In this document: one piece after another, positions 35,735-43,932 of the stretch
Position numbering within the stretch: position 1 is the first letter of the stretch
Layout: each line of letters begins with the position of its first letter
Assembly: GCA_947311115.1 (NCBI GenBank)
Contig: CAMZKE010000078.1
Span: 33,892-97,891, forward strand
Length of the DNA: 64,000 nt
Direction: 5' to 3'
Origin: an uncultured Bacteroidales bacterium
Lineage (GTDB): Bacteria; Bacteroidota; Bacteroidia; Bacteroidales; JAFGXI01
The notes under the pieces: model-generated
What the model was told of the DNA's origin: nothing
Seen by the model: the letters and a program-made list of their open reading frames with translations, nothing else
Database searches by the model: none
Program-made: the position numbers and the translations under genes

Positions 35735-38563
35735 ATGTTTAGTGCAATATTTTATATAATTTTGAAGTTTGCTTTTTTATTAAATTACTACAAAAATAAT
35801 ACTAAAAGTTTGTATTTAAAATTAGATAGATATATTTTTATTTTATTAATTGTAATCACTTCAGTTACAGGTGGATACTCGCAAGTTGAAAAAGGCTTAA
35901 CAATAAATCAAAACGATTCGGTTAAGGCATTAACAAACGATACAATTATAATGTTATCGGCTGATACAGTGCAAGGTTTTAATATAGATACAACTAATAC
36001 ATATAACGAAATTTCCAACGATTCATTAATTAATGATAATAATAAATCAAAAAAAAATGAATCAAAAAAGGTTTTAGATGCTCCGTTCGATTATAAAGCA
36101 AAAGATTCAATAGTTTTTAATTTAGAGACACAAGAAGTGTTATTATACGGAGAAGCAGAGGTTATATACGAATCAATAAATTTAAAAGCAGAAATGATTT
36201 CTATAAATATGGGAACGAAAATTGTTTTTGCTCATGGTATTACTGATTCAACAGGGACAGAAAAAGGTAAACCTATTTTTAAAGATGGTGGAGATGAGTT
36301 TAATGCTGATACAATTAGGTATAATCTTGAAACAAAAAAAGGAATAATAAAAGGAGTTATTACAGAACAAGGTGGTGGCTATTTGCATAGCAAGAAAACA
36401 AAAAAATTACCAGATAATTCTATTTGTATTAAAAATGGAAAGTTCACTACATGTGATGCAAATCATCCGCATTTTTATTTAAATTTAACAAAAGCACGAG
36501 TTATACCTGATGATAAAATTGTTGCAGGTCCTGCATATTTGGTTATTGAAGATATTCCTCTTCCTATTGGATTACCTTTCGGAATTTTTCCTGACCAAAA
36601 AAAGCATTCCTCAGGAATAATTATACCTACTTATGGAGAGGAAGAAACAAGGGGCTTTTTTCTACGCGACGGAGGTTATTACTTTCACATTAACGATTAT
36701 GTAGATGCTACCTTACTCTTCGATTTATATACAAACGGTTCGTGGGGAGTAAAGGGCTTAACAAATTATAAAAAAAGATATAAATATGATGGTAATCTAA
36801 AATTAGATTATTCAGTAATGAAAATAGGCGAAGATTTTGAACCTAACTATTCGGAAAACGAAGTGTATTGGATAAAATGGAATCACAGACAAGACCCTAA
36901 AGCACGCCCAAACAGTAGTTTTACAGCTCAAGTAAATATGGGTTCAAGTAAGTTTAAGGCTTTTAATAGCATGAGTTATAATGATAGGTTATCAGGTTCA
37001 ACAAACTCGGCAGTTACCTACAGCTTAAAATTTCCAAACTCACCATTTAGTTTAAATGTAGCAGCACGTCAGGCACAAAGTACAAGTAGCGAAGCGGGTA
37101 AAAATGGTTATATGGATTTAACCTTACCGGAAATGTCATTAAATATGTCGCGAATATATCCGTTTAAGAAAAAGAAACGAGTAGGAAAAGCTAAATGGTA
37201 CGAAAAAGTTGGAATATCGTATAAAACAAATTTTAAAAATATTGTAACACAAATACACGAAGACACCATTTTTACACAAGATGGATTCGACCAATTTAGA
37301 AATGGATTAAAGCATACTATACCTGTAAGCACATCAATGAAAGTTTTAAAATTCTTGAATTTCAGTCCATCGTTTACATATAACGAAAGATGGTATTTTA
37401 AATCGATAAACCGTACTTATTACGATGAGTATATTACTCCAACCGATACAATTCAAGATTATTTTAAAGTTGATACAGTTAATGGTTTTGCCAGAGCCGG
37501 TGATTTTTTAATATCCTTACCTTTAACAACTAAAATATATGGAATGTACCAGTTTGCTGGTAAAGACCCAATAATTCAAGCTGTCAGGCATACAATGACA
37601 CCATCTGTTAGTTTTAGCTGGCGACCAGATTTTGGCGACCCTAAATATGGTTATTATCAAACATTTACAAAGCAAGATGGTAGCGAGGTTCAATATTCTG
37701 TTTTTGATGGTGGAAATGGTGCATGGAAAGGAATTTATGGAAATGCTCCTAAAGGAAAATATGGAAGTGTTGGTTTAAGTTTAAATAATAATTTTGAGAT
37801 GAAAGCTCGTAACAGAGCCGATTCGTTGGGTAAAGGTAAAAAAATAACACTGTTAAACTCATTAAATTTTAGTAGTGCATATAACTTAGCTATAGATTCA
37901 ATTAATTGGGCACCACTGAGTATTAGAGCAAACTCAACACTTTTAAGGAAATTACGATTAAATTTTAGCACAAGTTTGAGCTTTTACGATATTGATACCC
38001 TAGGTAGAAAAATAAATACATTTTTAATTCAGAGTAAAAATAAATTTGCAAGACTTGAAAATTGGAATTTATCGGTTGGTTTAACGCTTAATTCAAAAGG
38101 TTTAACTCCCGGCAAAACACCAAAACCTATAACACAAACTCAGCAAGATATTTCGCGAGCAACAGGTACTCCAATAAATGCATATTATAATTATTCCGAT
38201 TTTAGTATGCCATGGAACTTAAATATTGATTATAGCTTAATATTGAACAATTTATATAGTGTAACCGAACAAGCTTACGACCCAAAACTTACACAAACGC
38301 TACGTTTTTCGGGTAATGTAACAATTACTAAAAAATGGAAATTTGTTTATACTTCGGGTTACGATTTAGAAAAAAACGAATTATCATATACATCGTTAAA
38401 TTTAGTAAGAGATTTGCATTGTTGGGAAATGAGTTTAAACTTAATACCATTTGGTAACTATAAAAGTTATACGTTTTCTATTCATGTAAAAGCTGCAATG
38501 TTAAAAGATTTAGCATTGCCAATGCGTAGAAATTGGATAGATAATTTCGATTTTAACAAATAA
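35735..38563 (+). CDS. Putative LPS assembly protein LptD (Bacteroidota long form); start uncertain
   Basis: The OstA-like N-terminal region reads FDYKAKDSIVFNLETQEVLLYGEAEVIYESINLKAEMISINM, DTIRYNLETKKG. A roughly 700-aa beta-barrel-like region follows. It is divergent from the amidase gene. The signal-like segment IFILLIVITSVTGGYSQ lies about 30 aa into the ORF. Confidence 0.7.
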   Translation: MFSAIFYIILKFAFLLNYYKNNTKSLYLKLDRYIFILLIVITSVTGGYSQVEKGLTINQNDSVKALTNDTIIMLSADTVQGFNIDTTNTYNEISNDSLINDNNKSKKNESKKVLDAPFDYKAKDSIVFNLETQEVLLYGEAEVIYESINLKAEMISINMGTKIVFAHGITDSTGTEKGKPIFKDGGDEFNADTIRYNLETKKGIIKGVITEQGGGYLHSKKTKKLPDNSICIKNGKFTTCDANHPHFYLNLTKARVIPDDKIVAGPAYLVIEDIPLPIGLPFGIFPDQKKHSSGIIIPTYGEEETRGFFLRDGGYYFHINDYVDATLLFDLYTNGSWGVKGLTNYKKRYKYDGNLKLDYSVMKIGEDFEPNYSENEVYWIKWNHRQDPKARPNSSFTAQVNMGSSKFKAFNSMSYNDRLSGSTNSAVTYSLKFPNSPFSLNVAARQAQSTSSEAGKNGYMDLTLPEMSLNMSRIYPFKKKKRVGKAKWYEKVGISYKTNFKNIVTQIHEDTIFTQDGFDQFRNGLKHTIPVSTSMKVLKFLNFSPSFTYNERWYFKSINRTYYDEYITPTDTIQDYFKVDTVNGFARAGDFLISLPLTTKIYGMYQFAGKDPIIQAVRHTMTPSVSFSWRPDFGDPKYGYYQTFTKQDGSEVQYSVFDGGNGAWKGIYGNAPKGKYGSVGLSLNNNFEMKARNRADSLGKGKKITLLNSLNFSSAYNLAIDSINWAPLSIRANSTLLRKLRLNFSTSLSFYDIDTLGRKINTFLIQSKNKFARLENWNLSVGLTLNSKGLTPGKTPKPITQTQQDISRATGTPINAYYNYSDFSMPWNLNIDYSLILNNLYSVTEQAYDPKLTQTLRFSGNVTITKKWKFVYTSGYDLEKNELSYTSLNLVRDLHCWEMSLNLIPFGNYKSYTFSIHVKAAMLKDLALPMRRNWIDNFDFNK

Positions 38564-38634
38564 ATAAGTTTTTTAAACAAAACAAATTGTATTTTAGCAA
38601 AAACAGATTAAATATAAACTTTAAATAAATAAAA

Positions 38635-39480
38635 ATGAGTAATCAACAGTATCAAACAATTAGCCCAAATAAAGGTAAAATATCTGCATTAATTGGGATA
38701 GGAGTATTAATAGTAATAATATTATTGTTCAGTAATAGTATGTTTGTAACAATACAGCCGGGCGAAGCAGGAGTTATTTTTCGTAAATTTTCTGGCGGAT
38801 TAGATAAAGAAAACATATATTCGCAAGGATTTCAGGTAATTGCACCGTGGAATAAAATGATTGTGTACGAAGTACGCGAGCAACAAACCGAAGAAACAAT
38901 GGATGTTTTAGATAAAAATGGTTTATCAATAAGTGTTGATGTTTCGGTTCGTTTTAATCCTGTTTTTGCCAAAATTGGCGATTTACACGAAACTTTTGGT
39001 TTAGATTATAAAACTCGATTAGTTGGTCCTGAGGTTCGTTCTGCTGTACGTAAAATAATGGGTAGATTTTCAGCCGAAGAAATATACTCTACCAAACGTA
39101 AAGAAGTAGAAGATGCAATAGAATTGGAAACCGAAAATAGATTAAAAAATAACGATATTCAAATGACTGCCCTTTTAATTCGTTCTATTAATTTACCAGA
39201 TAAAATTAAATTAGCTATAGAAAATAAATTACAGCAAGAACAGCAAGCACTTGCTTATAGGTTTAAACTTGAAAAAGAAAAATCGGAAGCTGAACGTAAA
39301 CGTATTGCTGCAGAAGGTGAAGCTGCGGCAAATAAAATAATTAATAGTAGTTTAACTTCCAGTTTACTTAAAATGCGTGGTATTGAGGCAACTATTGAGT
39401 TGTCGAAGTCGCCTAATGCAAAAACAATTGTAATTGGAAGTAGTAAAGATGGGTTGCCTTTAATTTTGGGAAATAACTAA
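38635..39480 (+). CDS. SPFH/Band 7 (prohibitin/HflC-like) membrane protein
   Basis: An N-terminal TM segment is followed by VQPGEAGVIFRKF, VDVSVRF, GPEVRSAVRKIMG and a coiled coil (QQEQQALAYRFKLEKEKSEAERKRIAAEGEA). Confidence 0.85.
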   Translation: MSNQQYQTISPNKGKISALIGIGVLIVIILLFSNSMFVTIQPGEAGVIFRKFSGGLDKENIYSQGFQVIAPWNKMIVYEVREQQTEETMDVLDKNGLSISVDVSVRFNPVFAKIGDLHETFGLDYKTRLVGPEVRSAVRKIMGRFSAEEIYSTKRKEVEDAIELETENRLKNNDIQMTALLIRSINLPDKIKLAIENKLQQEQQALAYRFKLEKEKSEAERKRIAAEGEAAANKIINSSLTSSLLKMRGIEATIELSKSPNAKTIVIGSSKDGLPLILGNN

Positions 39481-39516
39481 AACTAATTCAAAATTCAAAA
39501 TTTATAATTATTAAAG

Positions 39517-40038
39517 ATGGCATTTTTTAAAGAAGATTTAGTAAAAGTAAAAGCATTTGTTTTCGATGTCGATGGTGTATTCTCACAAGCAATATTGCAT
39601 TTGCATCATTCTGGTGATATAATGCGAACAACAAATATAAAAGATGGTTTTGCAGTACAACACGCAATAAAACAGGGCTATAAAATTTGTATAATATCCG
39701 GTGGAAGTTCAGAATCTATTCCTCCACGTTTTAAAGCTTTAGGGGTAGAGGATATTTACATGAAATCGTATCATAAAGTTAAAAATTATGAAGAGTTTTT
39801 AGCAAAATATAGTTTAACTGATAAAGATGTTCTTTATATGGGTGATGATTTACCTGATTATCCTGTAATGAAGAGGGTAGGAGTGCCTACTTGTCCGCTT
39901 GATGCTGCTGAAGAAATAAAAGCAATTTCGGCTTATATTTCAGATAAAAAAGGAGGCGAAGCATGTGTGCGTGATGTAATTGAACAGGTTATGCGTACCC
40001 AAAACAAATGGCTTGTTCCTGAAGCGTTTGAGTGGTAA
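39517..40038 (+). CDS. kdsC: 3-deoxy-D-manno-octulosonate 8-phosphate phosphatase (HAD-IIIA, KdsC family)
   Basis: The motifs are FVFDVDGV, NIKDG, IISGG and YMGDDLPD, in a protein of about 173 aa. Confidence 0.85.
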   Translation: MAFFKEDLVKVKAFVFDVDGVFSQAILHLHHSGDIMRTTNIKDGFAVQHAIKQGYKICIISGGSSESIPPRFKALGVEDIYMKSYHKVKNYEEFLAKYSLTDKDVLYMGDDLPDYPVMKRVGVPTCPLDAAEEIKAISAYISDKKGGEACVRDVIEQVMRTQNKWLVPEAFEW

Positions 40039-40303
40039 AATATTGTAGTAAAGTAGATCGTGAATACAATTACAATATACAGATAATCATTTTTTACACT
40101 TATAACCCTCACAAAGGGTTTACAAGGCAGACACACACTAAAAATAATATAATTCAATAATATTACGTATAGTTTATTTGTAACCCTAATTATTAATATT
40201 GATTAACCCAAATTATTCATAGAAATTTAAAATTTAACAATTAAATCCATAATAACTAACTGATTAACCCAAAATGCAAACACCCCAATTTGGTTAATTA
40301 ATT

Positions 40304-40406
40304 TTATGCATTTTTCTTTTCCTGATACTTTGTTGCAAACCATTTGCAGTATTCATATACAGCTTCATGGTTCTACGATTTGTCTAAGAAAAACGTATGA
40401 ATAATG
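40304..40406 (-). repeat. Left copy of a 102/103-nt inverted repeat pair (partner at 50057..50158)
   Basis: The reverse complement aligns with 50057-50158. By hand alignment, 90 of 102 positions are identical, with one 1-nt indel. It contains a 45-nt core hairpin (40332-40376) of the form GTAGAACCAT...ATGGTTTGCAAC. It starts 23 nt after the gatD stop codon. Confidence 0.85.
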
Positions 40407-40428
40407 CGGGCTATAGAAGTTTCCTAAA

Positions 40429-41814
40429 TTATTTTCTCACATCTTTAATAAAATTTTCAACTTCAGGTACACCACCTTGAAGCACAATATATCCGTTATA
40501 AGGTTCTCGTTCAGTAATTTCGTCATTAACAGGAGTTAACATCATTTCTTTTACTTTAACAGGGTCTTTAGTTTGTCCCATTACCCAACCAAGTTTAACC
40601 CAAGCAACTTCAGGCAACATATTACCAAGCGGAGTTATTCCCATTGCCATAAGGTCGCGACCGGTATCGTAAACAAACATATGTACATATCCCCAAAGAG
40701 TTTGAAGGGTCATAAATAGTAACACTCCTTTTTCTTTAGCTCGTTTAATTGCCGGGTATAAATCTTTATTTACGTGACCTAAACCTGTACCAACAATAAT
40801 AATACCTTCGTAACCATTATCAATCATAGAATCTAATGAATCAGGTTGCATACCCGGCCAAAAGTAAAGCATTCCTATCTTTTTAGAGAAAAAAGGTTTT
40901 ATATCTACATTTTTATCTTTTCTACGAGGCTTATAGTCTTTTTTTATAGGAGTTTGAGAGTTACGTGTAATCATTGCAAGTGGTGTATCTCCAATAGTAC
41001 GAAAAGTAGAACGATACGACGAGTGCATTTTTCTTACACGAGTACCCTTGTGTAGCAATCCGTAATCGTCAGAAGTTGGGCCAAACATACATACCATAAC
41101 TTCTGCTATATCGCCATTACCTGCGGCATTCATAGCATGCATAAGGTTAAGTGCTGCATCAGAGCTAGGTCTATCTGACGAACGTTGCGACCCAACAAGC
41201 ACAATAGGTATAGGCGAGTTTTGCACCATAAATGTTAATGCTGCAGCAGTATGATGCAAAGTATCGGTTCCGTGTCCAATAACAATACCATCAATACCGT
41301 TTTCAATTTCTTTACCAATAGCTTTTGCAAGAGCAATATATTGGTCTGGCCCCATATTCTCAGAAAATACAGCAAAAACTTTTTCTGTATCTAAATTACA
41401 GATATCAGCTAACTCAGGCACAGCACCGTATAATTCGCCGGGTGAAAATGCAGGAATTACAGCACCTGTACGATAATCTAATCGTGAGGCTATTGTTCCG
41501 CCTGTTCCAAAAAGTTTTACACTCGGCAAACCCGGTGTATTAGGAAATTCTTGTTCAGGAATTGCGTAATTAGCTTTTTTGTAGCCTGTTTCTACCATTG
41601 TATTAATAGTAGTAACGTCAACTCCAATATTGTAGCCTGTAATTACTTTTACAACAATATGTAAATCGTCGTCGTTTTCCGAACGAGGTAAAATAGTTCC
41701 TTTAAATATACCACGAGTTGTGTCTATTTCTGCTTGACCCCAAACTCTTACATTATATTTCTTTAAAAGCTTTAAAGCTTCTCCTTTGTATCCTTGAAAA
41801 AAATCAGCATTCAT
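40429..41814 (-). CDS. gatD: Glutamyl-tRNA(Gln) amidotransferase subunit D (archaeal-type, asparaginase fold)
   Basis: The GatD-specific N-terminal domain reads DDLHIVVKVITGYNIGVDV. The asparaginase-type motifs are FGTGGTIASRLDYRTGAV, GHGTDTLHHTAAAL, SQRSSDRPSSDAALN, KMHSSYRSTF and VGTGLGH. The C-terminal motif is LPEVAWVKLGWVMGQT. The gene lies 6 nt downstream of gatE. Confidence 0.9.
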   Translation of the reverse strand: MNADFFQGYKGEALKLLKKYNVRVWGQAEIDTTRGIFKGTILPRSENDDDLHIVVKVITGYNIGVDVTTINTMVETGYKKANYAIPEQEFPNTPGLPSVKLFGTGGTIASRLDYRTGAVIPAFSPGELYGAVPELADICNLDTEKVFAVFSENMGPDQYIALAKAIGKEIENGIDGIVIGHGTDTLHHTAAALTFMVQNSPIPIVLVGSQRSSDRPSSDAALNLMHAMNAAGNGDIAEVMVCMFGPTSDDYGLLHKGTRVRKMHSSYRSTFRTIGDTPLAMITRNSQTPIKKDYKPRRKDKNVDIKPFFSKKIGMLYFWPGMQPDSLDSMIDNGYEGIIIVGTGLGHVNKDLYPAIKRAKEKGVLLFMTLQTLWGYVHMFVYDTGRDLMAMGITPLGNMLPEVAWVKLGWVMGQTKDPVKVKEMMLTPVNDEITEREPYNGYIVLQGGVPEVENFIKDVRK

Positions 41815-41820
41815 CTTTTT

Positions 41821-43794
41821 TTAATTTTTTAGTTTTGAAATAGTTTTTCTTAACTCTTTTAAATCAATATTTCCAATAGCCTGTTTTCGTAATTCACCCA
41901 TTACCCAGTTTATTATTGCATCTTCATGTTTATTTTTATTAATTACTTTAAATTTTTCTAACAGAAAACCTACTGGTGCTATAAGTTCATCTTTTGTACG
42001 CTTTTTAAATTTAACATCTTCTAAAACTGATGTTAATTGCATGCGTGGATGCTGATATATCATTGGTAAAATTTCTTCGGCTATATTTAGGTTTAATTTC
42101 TCATCTTTAATAAACTTAAACAAATCGTAAATTACATTATAATTAAACTCGGCTCCAGCAGTGTAATGACCTTCTACATATTTTAACTTATGACCTAAAA
42201 ATGTGCCTATAAATTTTGCATTAATTTTTAAGTCTTTTACAATTTTTTCAATTAATGGCACCAAATTGTTTTTAAGAATGTATGTGAAAGTATCTTCAGG
42301 TATTTTCCATTTTCTGAGCTGTGCAAAACGGTCAACAACCTCAACAGGCATTCTCTTTGCTAATTTATCAATATATTCGTTTGCCAATGGTATTGGCGCT
42401 GAATCGGTATCAGGATACATTCTGTCGGCACCAGGCAATACTCTTTCAAAAATAGTACTTCCGTCGTGGAAAGATTTACGAGTTTCTTCAGGTACACCTT
42501 CAAAAGCCATTTGGCAACGTTCCTCTATAACTTCAAGAGCAGTTTGCATATCTTCTTCGGGTCCCCAAATTATTATTTGAGCATCGTTATCGCCTGCACC
42601 AAGCATAGGTGCAATTATTTCTAAATCTATATCTGTTATTATTGGTTCAAAATCTTCGGTATGAACCATGTTTGGTTTTTCAAGACAAGCTATTACTTTT
42701 AAACGGTCTGCAATTTCATTAGCAAATATTTTTGTTGGCTGTGTAAAATGTGACATTATACCCTTAAATTCAGGTAAATTTATTGCAATTAGTTTAAATC
42801 CATTATCTTTAGCATCTTTAATAGGTTCGTAAGTAATATTGAACATATCAAAATCGAGATATTCGTAATTCATTTTCCAATTTTTTGGATTTGAAACACG
42901 TTTGTTTAATTCTTTTTTTATAGCAAGTAATGCCCATTGTCTGTATGATTCAACATGAGTAAGCTCTGGAATCCATTTTGTATGTGCTACTCCTTTTATT
43001 TCAATACGAGTTCCGCCTTTGCAACTTACATTTACATCTTGACGACCAGCTCCCTGGCCTGTACGCACTTTGTCAGTACTACGGTTTAAGAAACGTATAT
43101 AATCGCAAGCCTCTTTAACTTCATCAGGGTTTACCATTTCCGGATATGTAACTGTTTCAATTAATGGCATTCCTAAACGGTCAGTCTTATATACTCGTTT
43201 GTGTCCAATATCAGATATTTCTCTAGCACTATCTTCTTCAATACTAAGTTGAATAAGTTTTACTTTTTTGTTTTTTAATGGTATTTCGCCTTCAACACCT
43301 AAAATAGCTGTACGCTGAAATCCGGCAGGAATACTACCATCTAAATATTGTTTACGAGTAATATGTACTTCGCCTACAATATTAAATTTACATAAAAGTG
43401 AAATTTCTAAAGCATTTTCTAAAGCTTCTCTATCCATAGGAAATGGCGGAGTATCATCAATTTCGTATGTACAAGCATTCTTGTTATTTATTCTATATGT
43501 TATTTCTTTTCGAGTCCTAAACTCCATTAATGCTGTACCATCGTACTCGCCAAGTTCGGAAAGTGTTGGCCGCATGTGGCGAATTAACTCAGCATCGTAA
43601 TCATCGTGCTTATTAAAAACTCCTGCCGGACAATGACAAAAAAGTTTCTTTTTTGTTAAAATTTGCTGATGGACCTCCAGCCCGGACATAAAACCAATTC
43701 TGTCGTAATCTTTTTGTGTAGCTTCCTTACGAGATACGTAGCCAATAGCCTTTTTGGTTTTCTCGTAGTTTTGTTTAGGATCAAACTTATTCAT
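41821..43794 (-). CDS. gatE: Glutamyl-tRNA(Gln) amidotransferase subunit E (archaeal-type)
   Basis: This 657-aa protein has the GatB/E core (GLEVHQQI, KLFCHCP, MRPTLSELGEYD, YEIDDTPPFP, SIPAGFQRTAILG, SIEEDSAREI, GAGRQDVNVS). It also has the long insertion and C-terminal extension typical of GatE rather than the roughly 480-aa GatB. It is paired with gatD. Confidence 0.88.
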   Translation of the reverse strand: MNKFDPKQNYEKTKKAIGYVSRKEATQKDYDRIGFMSGLEVHQQILTKKKLFCHCPAGVFNKHDDYDAELIRHMRPTLSELGEYDGTALMEFRTRKEITYRINNKNACTYEIDDTPPFPMDREALENALEISLLCKFNIVGEVHITRKQYLDGSIPAGFQRTAILGVEGEIPLKNKKVKLIQLSIEEDSAREISDIGHKRVYKTDRLGMPLIETVTYPEMVNPDEVKEACDYIRFLNRSTDKVRTGQGAGRQDVNVSCKGGTRIEIKGVAHTKWIPELTHVESYRQWALLAIKKELNKRVSNPKNWKMNYEYLDFDMFNITYEPIKDAKDNGFKLIAINLPEFKGIMSHFTQPTKIFANEIADRLKVIACLEKPNMVHTEDFEPIITDIDLEIIAPMLGAGDNDAQIIIWGPEEDMQTALEVIEERCQMAFEGVPEETRKSFHDGSTIFERVLPGADRMYPDTDSAPIPLANEYIDKLAKRMPVEVVDRFAQLRKWKIPEDTFTYILKNNLVPLIEKIVKDLKINAKFIGTFLGHKLKYVEGHYTAGAEFNYNVIYDLFKFIKDEKLNLNIAEEILPMIYQHPRMQLTSVLEDVKFKKRTKDELIAPVGFLLEKFKVINKNKHEDAIINWVMGELRKQAIGNIDLKELRKTISKLKN

Positions 43795-43932
43795 ACTCTA
43801 TACTTCTACTTTATAAAAAATATAAGCTATAAAAGTAATGTGTATTTTTTATTTTTTAGAATTTTTGACTAATAAAAAATAAATTGATTAATTATTAGTT
43901 GACTTTTAGTGTTTTAAAAACTGTAAATAGTA

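Noticed and set aside
42203-42580. A 125-aa + strand ORF inside gatE (also 40846..41055 and 41325..41543 inside gatD, and 43663..43872)
   Set aside because: They are antisense to genes with unambiguous full-length homology signatures and have no independent signals.
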